From the NCBI GenBank assembly GCA_963924565.1, contig OZ004612.1, positions 8,928,001-8,992,000 of the forward strand: a stretch of DNA of 64,000 nucleotides, written 5' to 3'. Below the pieces are notes generated by a model. That model was not told where the DNA came from and searched no databases. It saw nothing but the letters and a program-made list of their open reading frames with translations. The first letter of the stretch is position 1; the number at the start of each line of letters is the position of its first letter. Position numbers and translations under genes: made by a program. Shown here one piece after another: positions 25,001 through 38,721 of the stretch. Source of the stretch: Ascidiella aspersa. Taxonomy: Eukaryota.

Positions 25001-28000
25001 TTCAGATTAAAAAATTTCGCAGCTGCAGTAATTCTTCCAATGTAAGTTTTGCAAAACAGCTACACAAATCCGATACGGAGTTTTCCGTTCAAAAATTCGC
25101 TTGAAGGCAGTTGCAAAATGTATTTATGTGTTGAGTTTCAGACAAAAAATATGTCTAACATGGGGGCCCTCACAAAGTTGTGTGGCGTATTTTTAATTTT
25201 CTGTTAGCCAAATAATATGTATGTAACCTATCTGCTCGTAAGCTTTTTTGTTTTCGGCATAAACGTGACCAGTAAACATGCAACTACATAAATATTGCAC
25301 ATTACCATTAGCCCTTTTTATCGCTGGTAATCGCTCGCCAAGATCGCAATCGCAGGCCATTTTAAGAAAGCCATTAGACGTTTTACAGCCGTTGGTGCAT
25401 TAAACCTCGTAAATGCAGTGCACAGGAATTTAACAATATTGAATCTTCGATCATTCTAATAAACAATTAGCCTTTTTATTGCTTTTAGCTCAGTAGAATG
25501 CAGCAAAATTCATGTGCATGAACGTTAGCCAATTTTCGACTTGAGAAACGCCCGTAAATGCCCAATTTGTCAGATTACCGCAGCAACGCACCGCTCCGGT
25601 TAACACAAACATCGACCATGCCAAAATAAATTTTTGTGGGCCGTAATTGCGGTTTGCCCAAGTCATGTGAAGCATACCATTGTCGCAATGCAAAAATAAC
25701 CTGTTTGGTCTAACGCTTTTTCGTAATGTAAGACAACACTTGTATTTACATGGCGGCGGGCTGTTCAGATTTTGAAGATAGCCACGAAGGACAAAGAGTA
25801 TCCAACAAACGGGGGTTAAATGTTTGACCTTGAAGCGTTATCGGGAAAGAGTCAAGATCACATTCTGCACGGCTGGAGGCCACGCTCATTTCGCCTCGTG
25901 TTTACGTTGATAAATGGTGCGATAAGCGTTGAGCCGGAAGAGTGCTGTTGGCCGTTTCATTGTTATCTCTTGATAGCAGGATGCAAAAAGCAAGTCCTAT
26001 ATTCGTCAGGATTTATCGCCCCCAATCTGCCAGAATCGAACCGGTCAAAACCGGCTCAAAGCGGTTTGGCTTTCTCACCTCGGATACTCAGTTCACGTGT
26101 CTTTATTGCTGCGACTGGCGACTGCCTTTATTTTGTATTAGACCGCCACATTGTACAACTTATGTAGTAATATTTTGCCAACATGGCGATGCTTTAATCC
26201 TGGCGCCAGTCGCTTAAGCTAATAAGCTTTGGAAGTGGTCAGTCTTTTTACCTTTCAATCTCATTTTCGAAAGTTTATTGATTCAAAGCGTTTGACTAAA
26301 CAGGTGTTCCATCTTTTGTGATCTTTGACCTTTTTTAAACATAGCAAAACTTGGCTTACATTTACAAATTATAGCAAACTTTAAATGCCAGATGGCACTC
26401 AACGAATGTTAAAAAATGCTTAAACATAATATGTTATATTAAAAAGCCGCTTTCTTAAATTTAAAAAAAAAATCCGCAAATTTTCAGTGTATTCACAGAA
26501 CCCAGAAAACGCTATAAATTAACAAGAAAAAATGCTATAAATTAACAAGAAAATACCGTTAAATGTTTACAATCTCATGTAGACTCAGGCTAAGTGTGAT
26601 ATTACGCCTTGGAGTGCTATAGACGCTGTCCTTAAGGCCAAAACTCAGCTGATATAAAGGTGTGCACGCGCACGGCGACTTTTAGTACATTTAATCGGTC
26701 GAAATTCTTTGCTAAATTTGTTCAGCCGAATTGTGACGGACAGCTCGAAAAACCGGCGCCTGCAAAACTACGATTTTCTCGTGATTAAGGCTCGTCAAGG
26801 AAAACGCCCGACAGACGAGGAGTGCCATAGAGGCAGCGCCGTGTCTTCCGCTTAATGTTTTTTTCTGGCGTGTGAAGGTTATGTCCGGGTTAATCCCGGC
26901 TGCACGTTCGGCTCAACTTGTTTGCAGCCAATTTTCGCCATCGAAAATTGCCTTGACCGCAAACAAGTCGCCTTGCAAGCCAAAACGGGCGATGGACACT
27001 CACGATTTTTTGTGCTGTTTACCTTTCTCGTGTTGTTTTCGCCTGTATTTCAACTATAATACGACCATATATCGCAGATACGTAAAATATTCGTTGTTAT
27101 GTTCGTATACCATTGCTGTTTGTGACCGTATTTGTACGCTTGACTTTTCCAATGAATCTCACGCCATTATCGATGTAAAATCGCCCTACTAAATTTTTGC
27201 TGCGATGTCTTTGGCCAGGCGTTCCCGTGCAGGAAAGGTCAACAGGCAAAAGTTTTAATTTGTTGTGATTTCGAGCACGTGCGTCACGATAACAAGAAGC
27301 ACAATTTACCCTGGTCGTTAGTGGACGCATATAGCCTGTTCCATGCGCTTGTCCACCTTCGTTGTGTGGTTCCGGGAAATATCCGACGGTGAACAGTTTA
27401 ATATTTTAGCACAATTGCTGTTGTATTTTTATGGCCCGCGTAATAGGCACTGCTATCTGTTTGTTTTGCCCACTTTAAAACCATGGGTCAAAAAGAAATT
27501 GTTATTTATGACCCATGTTTCAATTATGTTGTGTATAAACTACAGAAATAAGGAACACGACTATTTGCTCAGCGGAATTAACCTCCCGTGGCAATAAAGA
27601 ACGAGTTATGCTTTAAGACTCGCCAATGAACCCAAAAAGCAGTAACACAGTAAAAATGTACAAAATCAAGATAAATATACGTAAACCAACTCTCTAACTT
27701 GTTATAATACAGTTTTTTATTACATTTACATAACTATACTTGTATTTCAATAGGAACTCAGCATCCTAAGCCGTAAGTATTTTTACTCACTCAAAAAGGA
27801 TAAAAACGCTTTAGAAGAAAGAAAGAGTGGGTATGACGCAATTGAACCGCATCGTTATCAGCAGTTGCCTTATTAATTATAAAAGATAGTCTTGTTACAA
27901 AAAAATATTCATGTCGTTCTGCTTTAACGTTCAAGGTTTTTTGCCTCATCCAATGAGAAATTCACTCGAAAAAGTAAACAAGTATAAATAATGTAATATC

Positions 28001-29071
28001 ATGCGCATAACAGAATAAGAAAAAGTACAATCTTGAAACATTCGTGGTTGTTCCAAGATGCTGACACTACTTATTCGGGTGTAATTTAGTTTGCTTCTTA
28101 CCAAAAAATTGTTATTGTTACAAAATACACTGGTTTAAGTACCATTCATACATGGCAACTCAGGCTAATTTTTATTACATTATTGCTTTATTTGATCTGC
28201 ACAGCACTTCTTAAGATGCCTTATATTAAATCATCTTCTTTAAAAAAAAGAGTAGCTAAAGCTTTGAGTAAATACCTGCAATTTTCGTAATCGTTACGAA
28301 GGTTGATTTTTGTTTGTTGTGGGTGTTGCACTCCGTGCGTCATCACAACTGTTACAAGAAGCGTTTGTTTAGTAGCACCTCTTATCTCCACTGTATCGAA
28401 TCTCTACCGAAATGTCTCGCATTTACCTCGAGCGGGGAAAGTTTGCAACAGACCGGCCTTGTAAGGATTAAAAAGGCAGCACGGCCAATTAAATTGTACT
28501 TTAAATCAATACAATCGGTTTATGTGCGTTTTGTTTACAGCCGGCGTCTTTTCGTTACTTATTTTTGTTTATGCAAGCTTTGCTGTAAGATCACTATGCG
28601 GCATTGGCATCGGGACATCGGGTCCGACAATTGCTTTATACGTTAAAGCGAATCCGTCAAATCGCAGTCAACGTAAACCTTTGCATTTATTTTGATAATA
28701 AAATAACCCAAACAGAATGTACATTCCGAAGTAATTTGTTTTCGATTTTTTGCAAGGCGCGTATACCGCAGCAGGTCAGCAAAAGTTAAGTACAAAATCG
28801 CCCTGCTCATTGAGAACACGGCCCAGAAGCGAAAACAATGGAGCTGGCCGTTTTTTGTCTCTGTTATTTTCAGGCTTAGCACTTGGCATTGAAAACGGTC
28901 CTGTTCGCCAAAAAGGGGGGCCAGAACTTTTTAAGTGGCCTTAAAAGCAAGCCATAATCTTGACCGCTGCAAATAGAACGGAACCATGTGGGCAGACACG
29001 TTTCCACAAGAAAAATAAACGCTCCTTTCTGCTGCGATCGTTCCCCCGCAAACAATTGCCCCGTAAACGCT

Positions 29072-32000
29072 CGGACGGTTTTCGATCGAACGAAATCCCA
29101 CTCTCAAGGCCCGAGTAAATAAACTTGTCCCCAGCGAACCCGACAGAACGTGGCCAATGTCACATTCTTGCGGCCGATTTCGCCAGGATCGCGATAGAAA
29201 TAAAGCAATTTTGCCGCGTGGAGCGCTGAAAATTGATGATTTCAGGTTTCCCTTATCGTACAGTAGTTTTAACTTCCGACGCTGGCGCATTTTAAGTGAC
29301 GTGTTGGTATCGTTCGCCGAAACGTGGCGATATTGACGTTGCGTACAGCGATAAGTTGTTGTGATTTATTTGGGCGTGCCTAACACAACAAGATGTATTT
29401 TTTAGTTACGTCGCATACGTAACCTTAAAAAGGTCAAAGCAGCACCAGTGTTCACCCGAAGAAATTTTCCTGCAGATCGAATGGTTATTTTGGTGAGAAT
29501 CAGTTTTCAAGGTTGAGTTGGTGGAGTCCCAAATAACTCACAAACTTTATAGTGCAGAAATCCTAGTCTTAACTTACTAACAACTTACACGTTTAATTAA
29601 CAAAGCTTATCCTATTTTTTTGTTGCTTGTTCAGTGTGTATTAACTTTGGAAAGGTTCTTTGCTGAATCTTGATTGATGACGAAAATAAAATTTTGCGAG
29701 CAAACGCTTTGGTGATTATGCGCACAGTGGCCGACCTCGGAGGAAATACTGGCAAGGAACGTCGCAGCCTTGGCAACTGAAAGTCAAAAAAAAAGTTAAA
29801 GTGGATCACGACGCCCCCACGTGGCCGAATCGTTCGTTGCTTGCGCCTATATACTTTTGACCTTTCGTCCGACCATAACTCACCCGAAGTTTTGGCTTCG
29901 TTGGTCATTGTAATTGCGCATTCCGTATAATGTAATCGGCTTTAAGTTTTCTGCTGTCGGGCGTTTACCTTTTGTCAAATTTAATCAGACTCGGGCGGGT
30001 CCGTGTATGTTTTGCCGAATCAACCGCAACTGCGTATTTGCTTATCTCTAGACAAAGCGCAAAATTGCAGGTTTTTGTACGGCTGCGGTCGGAAAAGCAC
30101 GGATAATGGCGAACGCGGCCTTAACTGGCAGATATAATTTTGCTGAAGGGCGCGTCCTCTTAAACCCACGCTTCACTTTGTCAGCAGTTGTTCATCGGTC
30201 GGCAAAACCTCGACCCGGACGGTTTTCGATCGAACGAAATCCCACTCTTGGCGGCCCCGAGTAAATAAACTTGTCCCCAGCGAACCCGACAGAACGTGGC
30301 CAATGTAACATTCTTTCAGCCGATTTCGTCAGGATCGCGATAGAAATAAAGCAATTTTGCCGCGTGGCGCGCAGAAAATTGATGATTTCTGATTCCCCTT
30401 ATCGTACAGTAGTTTTAACTTCCGACGCTGGCGCATTTTAAGTGACGTGTTGGTATCGTTCGCCGAAACGTGGCGATATTGACGTTGCGTACTGTGATAA
30501 GTTGTTGTGATTTATTTGGGCGTGCCTAACACAACAAGATGTATTTTTTATTTACGTCGCATACGCAACCTTAAAAAGGTCAAAGCAGCACCAGTGTTCA
30601 CCCGAAGAAATTTTCCTGCAGATCGAATGGTTATTTTGGGTGAGAATCAGTTTTCAAGGTTGAGTTGGTGGAGTCTCAAATAACTCACAAACTTTATAGT
30701 GCAGAAATCCTAGTCTTAACTTACTAACAACTTACACGTTTAATTAACAAAGCTTATCCTAGTCTTTTTGTTGCTTGTTCAGTGTGTATTAACTTTGGAA
30801 AGGTTCTTTGCTGAATCTTGATTGATGACGAAAATAAAATTTTGCGAGCAAACGCTTTGGTGATTATGCGCACAGTGGCCGACCTCGGAGGAAAAACTGG
30901 CAAGGAACTTGGCAGCCTTGGCAACTGAAAGTCAAAAATGAAGTTAAAGTGGAGCACGACGCCCTCACGTGGCCGAATCGTTCATTGCCTTGCGCCTATA
31001 TACTTTTAACCTTTCGTCCGACCATAACTCACCCGAAGTTTTGGCTTCGTTGGTCATTGTAGTTGCGCATTCCGTTTAGTGTAATCGACTTTCAGTCTCC
31101 TGCCGGGCGTTTTCCTTTTGTCGAATTTAATCAGACTCGGGCGGGTTCGTGTATGTTTTGCCGAATCAACCGCAACTGCGTATTTGCTTATCTCTAGACA
31201 AAGCGCAAAATTGCAGGTTTTCGGGTCGGCTGCTGTAGGAAAGGCGACGAACACGGCCTTAACTGGCAGACATAATTTTGCTGAAGGGCGCGTCCTCTTA
31301 AACCCACGCTTCACTTTGTCAGCAGTTGTTCATCGGTCGGCAAAACGTCGACCCGGACGGTTTTCGATCGAACCAAATCCCACTCTCGGCGGCCCCGAGT
31401 AAATAAACTTGTCCCCAGCGAACCCGACAGAACGTGGCCAATGTAACATTCTTTCGGCCGATTTCGTCAGGATCGCGATAGAAATAAAGCAATTTTGCCG
31501 CGTGGCGCGCAGAAAATTGAGGATTTCTGGTACCCCTGCTCGTACGGTAGTTTTAACTTCCGACGCTGGCGCATTTTAAGAGACGTGTATACGTGTCGTT
31601 TGCCGAAACGTGGCGATATTGACGTTGCGTACAGCGATAAATTGTTGTGATTATTTGGGCGTGCCTAACACAACAAGATGTATTTTTCAGTCACGTCGCA
31701 TACGTAACCTTCAAAAAAAGGTCAAGGATATACCAGTGCTTACCCAGAAATTTTCCTGCAGATCAAATGTTTGTTTTGGTGAGCATCATTTTTTTAAGGT
31801 TGAGTCCCAAATAAATTACAAATTTATGGTGTAGAAATCCTAGCATAAACTTTTGCCAAAATGCAAACAACATACGCGTTTATTTCACAAAGTTTATCCT
31901 TGATTTTTGATGTTTGTTCGATGTTTGCACCTTTTGTGAAGGTTTATTGGTACGCCAAAAATATCGAATCCCTACTTCACAGCCTGTCAGATGTCTTAAC

Positions 32001-32947
32001 GCTACACGGGACGTATTTTACAGTTGTACTCAATGGAAGGCGATAGAGGCGTACTTAAATGCAAAACAAAAAAGGGCGTAAGGAGTATTGACCAGCCACT
32101 TTGTAAACGAGGACAATCTAAACTGGTGGAATGTCTGCCCTGACTGTCGACTCCCTACAATATTTCACAAAACTGCAGACGAGAAGGAAAAATGTGAGAG
32201 CCAAAGTAATTGATGAAAAGCTGTCAGCAAACGTGTTTAGACAAGGAATAAACGGGTTAAAGGTGAAGTGCAGAAGTGAAGAGGCAAGAAAACTTAAGCT
32301 TGTAAGAACGCAATTGTGAACACAAGGTGAAACCAACATAGAAACAAACAATAAAATAATCTTTGCAACACTACTGCTAAATTTTAATTTTGATTGATTT
32401 TGCTAATTGGAAAGAAGTCAATGTTTTCCAGCAAATGCTTTGGTGGTTATGCGCACAGTTGCGGCCCCTTAACGTCACTGGCAACTAACTGGTGAGAAGA
32501 AAGCAGTCGAAGTGGAGCACGACGCCCCACGTGGCCAAATAACGACGCCCCACGTGGCCAAAAAGTTGCCTTGCGCGCACTTTTGACCTTATATTCGACC
32601 ATAACTCACCCGAAGTTTTGGCTTCGTTGGTCATTGTAATTGCGCATTCCCTGGAGTGTAATCGGCTTTAGGTATTCTGCTGCTGGGCGTTTTCCTTTTG
32701 TCAAATTTAATCAGACTCGGGCGGGTCCGTGTATGTTTTGCCGAATCGACCGCAGCGGCGTGTTTGCTTATTTCCAGACAAAGCGCAAAATTGCAGGTTT
32801 TCGGGTCGGCTGCGGTCGGAAAAGCACGGATAAAGTCGACTAACACGGCCTTAACTGGCAGACATAATTTTGCTTAAGGGCGCGTCCTCTTAAACCCACG
32901 CTCCCCTTTGTCAGCCGTGGTTCATCGGTCGGCAAAACCTCGACCCG
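29072..32947. repeat. Tandem triplication of a ~1.14-kb non-coding unit
   Basis: CGGACGGTTTTCGATCGAA recurs at 29072, 30216 and 31354 (periods 1144 and 1138). Copies 1 and 2 are highly similar. Copy 3 is more diverged, carries ~450-500 bp of extra sequence (~31930-32425) and ends at CGACCCG (32947). Confidence 0.95.
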
Positions 32948-35399
32948 CTCCAAAACGCAAAATTACCCCCCTTGAAACTTAACGTTTACCGACATCGTAA
33001 GTACAATCGGTCGGGTGACAATTAAGCCTAGAAAGCCACGCGTTACGCTTGTAATCCTACCGCGTGGGCAAGTGTAATTTTCTCGAGTTCGGCTCGGACA
33101 TTATGTTCTGTCTTTTGTCGCTGCTCCAGCAAAACCGCAAGGCTAATCCGCAACTGGCATTATAAGCGTTGTAAAACACAAAACCTGTTTACGTAGAAAG
33201 CAAGGCGGAGCCGTTATTAAGGCCGCTTAATGGGGCGGTAATTTCAGGGAGACATCGATCATTGAGCTGCAATTAGTTTCTGCTAAACGCCGACGTTCAG
33301 GTTAAGTCTTTGCAGAGCGGCGATGACTTAGCATCGAATTTACACGCGCATCCGGTTCAAAGAGGTGGACTTTTAAAACTAAAAGATTTAACCATTTGTG
33401 ATGAACCTATGTTGCAAAGGACTTAATTCAAAATTCTTAAGAGCTGCTACGTAAATAAATTCGCTCTACCCGAGGTTTTTTTTATTTTTTTTACCTTTGT
33501 TTACATTTTGCAATATACAGAAACTGGTAAGAATCCAATTCAGCACACATTTAACGCGATATACTTGGTCGTTTTGATTTGTTCACTTGGAAAGAAATAT
33601 ATACGAAAGCGCTATAGGCCAGCAACGTGGCTGACCCATTTTCCGAAATTAGTTATCTTATGGACGCAAACCAGCACCAATTTCTCACGAAACTCTCAAT
33701 TGCGTTGCGTAAATAGCTTTCCTTGGCGAACGCCAAGTTGAAAACGGCAACAGGGCGCGCTGTACATTTCCCACCGTGTCTACACAGTACACACGTGCAA
33801 GGGCCTCTGCCTTTCACGCAAGGTGCCGTGTAGCGTGTGACGTGAAGCTTGCGCCAAATTGCGCCGCAGAGCGCTTTCCCAGGCAAGCAACGACGTCTCC
33901 CATTTCCGGTAGGTACAAGCCTCCCAGCAACTTTGCAGCCGTCCAGCACCTGCAACTCTATAGCAACTGGCTCTCGCCGGGCGAAATGGCTTGAATGCAG
34001 CAGGTCGATTCGAGTACATTGTTTCCTTGCCGGTTTATTTGCTGAGCAAATTACAAGACCCAATTGACTTATCTGAAGGGCTTGAACTGCTGGTAACGCA
34101 TCCACGCCTAACATTTTAAAAATCCGTGTGAGTTGTATGCAATGAGTCCTGCAGCACTTTTCATAGAGATACTTCAACCAACATGGTAATCATGTCTTTG
34201 TTTTAGTTATAATACTGCTGAATCAGAGTTAACGCGTTGAGACTAGCCATTTCACCTTCTGTGAGAAGGCTTTTTTGTTGGTGTAAAATGTAACCAAGAA
34301 AAGAGCCCAGTTGGTGTTTAAACTCATCATCTTTCAACAACGAGCTACAGTTTGCTCGCTATATGTAACGGTTTGTTGTTTGCAAATCCAAATATCGCTT
34401 TTAATGATATTTTACCTGGAACCAAATTTCTTGGCTAGGACTTGGTTTATTCCAAAATGAGTTTGTACAAACTGCCTAAAAAATCGTTGCCCTTAATGCC
34501 AATCCATTTCCTTGCGCGAAGCAGAATCGTATCGTGGACTAAAGCATTGCTGTAAGGTTTGTGGCCAGGCGCAAATGGAATTGAAGGCGAAATATTTCAG
34601 AAAGCATGCACGGCATTTTACGGCTTACATGTTAAACTATGGCAATCAGGGGTATTAACAAGGACTGCGAAATTATTTTTTGAAAAATGATATAATAATG
34701 AAATTATGGGTGATTCCGGAAATCAGAAACTCGTCGCAACAACGTCATGCGTCATCGGCCTACGTCACTCGCGCTTACTGTCGGAAACTTGGGTGACGCA
34801 TATTTTTTGCAGTTGGTAACTTTCGAAAAGATCGAAAAACAGATAAGGCGGACTTGGGCAACTCGCCCAGCTGCAACTTTGACCCTCGAAACGTGATCAA
34901 ACCACTGGAATACCCCGACCCGGCTTTCCTCAAGCGCCTTGACATTTGCACGCGAAAACACCATCGATTTCCTGCACTCCAAAGGCCGGGTAGAAAGAAG
35001 AACGCTCGTTGGGCCGTTTCCTGATTTCGCCGCTGCGACGCACGGCCGATTTGCTCTGGCGTCACTCTGCGTCTTGACGTCACGTGGTGCTGCCGCAATA
35101 TCGCGGGTCGAGAACTGCGTAACTGTTGGCACCTGGTCGAACGCCGTGGGATTTGGACCAATCCGAGGTTGGATTTTTCGCTGGGAAATATTTATTTAAG
35201 GCTGCTTAAAGGTTGTGCGTTAAGCGGTGTATATGTCCAACCATTTAATCTCACGTTTTTGTTCAGTTTGCAATATTCTCACCCTTGTAGTTCCGGGTAC
35301 GGTAGAGACAACCTCCAGGATGCCCGAAAACTGTACAGAATTTGCCAGTGTTAGTGAATTTAGTCAATAACTTTACGTTAGTATACTTAAGGCACGGTT

Positions 35400-35714
35400 T
35401 TCAAACGACTTGATTAGACTTGGCTTCAGTATTTTGATAAAAAATCACCTGAATAGACTCAATTCTTTTGGACAAATAACTCGGTTTGAAATGAAGTGTT
35501 CGTTTAGATCATTTTTCATAAAATTCAGTTATGTATCTCATTTTTTGCACCTAAAACAATTGGCTTGCTATATGTTTCGTTTGCGTCGTTTTTTAGTTAA
35601 GTTTGCTTATAATCGGGCGAGTTTAATAATTTTAATAATATACCGTCCAATAGTTGTTATACAAGGTCTTGATTTGGACTTCAGTTATTTTAAAATGACT
35701 TGTTAACAACACTG
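35400..35714. mobile_element. Partial CAGTGTTG/GACTT-family MITE
   Basis: GACTT repeats. Right end AAAATGACTTGTTAACAACACTG matches the family end at 9978 and 52262. Confidence 0.6.
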
Positions 35715-38671
35715 AAATTTGCTGGTTAAGATCCACATCATACAATTTAAAAAATTGTATGTTAAAATATATCTAGGTATCCTTAATGTGATTTTTCTCA
35801 CAAATCCATAAATGACGACTGTCTTAAAATATTGCGAAAAACTAAACATATAGCGTAGGCCTATATGTTCAATCCAATGTAAACTTTGAACTGCTAAATT
35901 GATCATAGTAATTGTTGACCTTAGGCGCCTTAACAGAAGGTCGCTGTTGTTTTCAAGTAGACCTATAGTGGCGACAAACGCCTCGCGAGAAATGGAATTC
36001 ACACAAAAATCGATTGTAACAGATTTGTTTTCCTCCGTGTGCATAAATCACCAGCAACCCGAGCGTTTATCGATTTGTCCTTTGCACAGAAAACTGAGTA
36101 AGTTGCTGACTTTTTCCGTAATCTGTGCATGACGTGGCCGGAATTGAGGCTTGCCTCAATGAAAAGCCAAGGCTTTTCTTTCACGCAGCCGAAAGAGATG
36201 TAAATCGACGATAATTTGGCATAGAGGATGACGCTTGGTTGCAAAAATGCCAAGTCAGTGCTTTGCCGTTTATCGATCTGTTTCCGGGTACTTTCCATAG
36301 AGCAATGTTTCATTGGCAATCCGTGCGGCGTTTTGGCTGGAATTTCAAAAGGAAGAGAGTCCTTGGAGACGACGGGCATTCCCTGACAACGTTTATTGAC
36401 ACAAAAATCACCCTGAAACACGCGGTTTTCTTGCGTCATGCCGAATGAATAACGCCCACTCGAATCCATTCCGCTTCGCCCCTTATCGAACACGTCGCTG
36501 AGATAAACAAGCCGAGTGGAGGACATGGCATGTGAAGTGCGCACTCAAAACGCACACTCGTACAACCAGATCACTAATTTGGACGGACGTCGACGCCATT
36601 TCGCGGTGGCTCGACGTTGTCATTCAAACATCTCATGTTGAAAGGTGGATTCTTTCTGCCACGTTACAAGAAGAAACATACACTTTTATAGAATCGTTAT
36701 TTTTTTTTTTTTTCAATTGGCATTGCGAATTTCCAAGGTCGATAAGAAATTATTAACTGGTCCGCGTAACATGTTTGATTTTTTTGACCGGTATCATGTA
36801 TTAGCCTAGTTAGATTTTTTATTTGATGGCTTGTGTATAGTACTAAGTTTGTACAAGAATTGGTTTGGATTAAGGATTTAAACATATACGTTAGTGTTAT
36901 TTTTGAAATTATTTTCGTTTTAAAAAGGACTGGGCTCTCTATACAAAAGGGGTCCGCCAGTCGAAAACTTTGCGAACTACTGGCTTCACTAATCTATTAA
37001 GTAAGTGGCCACAACAATTTACAAAACATGAAACTTTGATAATCTAAAGCAAAATGATCAGAGTTGAAGAATATAGAAACCATTGCGTCAATAATTTTTT
37101 ACCTCGAGGATGTACCTTTTTGGTCATTTATGTCGGCTAAAGTGAAACATGTTGTAACCCAATACATGGGTTTTCGGCGTAATGTTATAGAAAATATCAA
37201 ATCCATAAGGCTGAACTTCATTTCTACACTGATGATGGCCAGGCTACATTGCATCTTAAAACAGAGCAATTTCACGATTTTTCTAATTAACGTTATATAC
37301 TGAAACAAATTGTTCTAAATATACAGCAAACAACAAAAATAACACAAAAGGCCGACGTGCAGCTTAGCGCTGGTACTTTACCGCGCAAAGGCCAAAGGGT
37401 GCTAACCTATTGTTTTATGCATTTCGAAACCAACAAGTATTATAAATAGCGGATGGTCTTCAAACCTTGACAAAACGGATAAAGTTTTCAAAGTTTGGTG
37501 TTTATTTTTGGTTTCGGTTTTCGATTTCAGTTTGGATCCTTCCTTTTTCCAGAATGTTATTGTTATTGCAATGACTAATGGTTTCACTTTTCAATGTCAC
37601 AATGATTAACTGCTACGATGCTGGTGCTTTACCGCCACCTTCCAGTAATGTTTTATTGTATTTAACTACTGGCGGCACTGTAATTTAGCGCGCAGCACAC
37701 TTTCGCACAAACAGGAATATTTATAATGCCTGATTCTATTTTAATTAATCAAACGTATAACAATTAATCAAGAATCGTATTGCCACTAAAAAAATAACAG
37801 TTGCGGATAAGGTTCGCTAAGTGCTGCCTCTGAAAAGTGGAATCGTTTTTGAATCTTTTTTAGATCGCTTTGTTGCAGTTTAAAATTACATACAGTTTAG
37901 GTTTCCCTTCTATTATCATCCTGGAAGTCAAAATATTTCTCTGGGACTAATTTTTGGCCTACAACTGCAGTCAATTATTTCGATAACAAAAATATATCCT
38001 TATGACCCTTTACTGACACCGTGTGGCATATTAATAATATAAATTCTGCATCCAACCATTCCAGACGAACTTGTTGTCAACATTTGTTACTTTTTCGACG
38101 ACTTTATTAATAATTTTGGTACGTATTGCTTTAGGTATAAATGCGCTCAAATCGATAAAGGTTGCAAGTACTGAAGGTGCATGCTGTGCAGTTAAGGTGA
38201 TGACAAGCTAAAGAAGGAAGTAAATTGGACGAAGAAAGCATTGTAAGATATTTTTGAAAGGCCAGGAAACCTCAGTTGGTCACAGCTAACCAAAAAAGGT
38301 TTTCGGTCTAAACGATAGAGGTCTGCCAGGTAAGCTGGTATGTGACTGTAAATACGTTCTACTATTTTGACTATTTGAAGCTGGAGTGGTTAGTTAACTG
38401 TGATTTGAGCAAAAAATCCTTATTCCGCGGGCGTTTAAATCGGCGTTAAACAGTAATTCATCATCGAGAAGAGAACAAAGTTGATGGCAACTTTATAAAG
38501 TATTTTTTTACTTAACAGGCAAGAGTTGGGTGCAAGAACATGTGCATTCCGAAGCGCACGTCTCAAAGCGATAAGCAACGTATCGTGTGTTTAAAAACGA
38601 ACATAACATATATGGTACAGAAAAAATGCGTTTTCAAAGCGTTCAAGTGCGGGCGTGCTTGTCACACATTT

Positions 38672-38721
38672 TCATTTACTATCATCGTAGCTGTGGCTTT
38701 CCGTTCCGCCGTGGCCATAAC
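38672..38721 (-). CDS. CRIP: CRIP exon 4 (GYGHGGTESHSYDDSK*)
   Basis: Acceptor TTTTCAG|, phase consistent with exon 3. Gly-rich tail matches CRIP1 GFGRGGAESH. TGA stop. Confidence 0.92.

Noticed and set aside
31053-31100. miR-33-like GTCATTGTAGTTGC in the tandem repeat, and other miRNA-like words on the + strand (12002, 12393, 12948)
   Set aside because: None sits in a pre-miRNA hairpin. The ones in 11.7-13 kb are better read as target sites on the opposite strand.
29072-32947. Tandem array as an snRNA, 5S, tRNA or SL-RNA cluster
   Set aside because: No U1/U2/U6, 5S or tRNA signature sequence was recognised in the unit.
35999-36544. 181-aa - strand ORF, first considered as a CRIP terminal exon
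   Set aside because: CRIP already ends in frame at 38672 with the expected Gly-rich tail. This ORF has no recognisable motif and lies over a motif-rich island.
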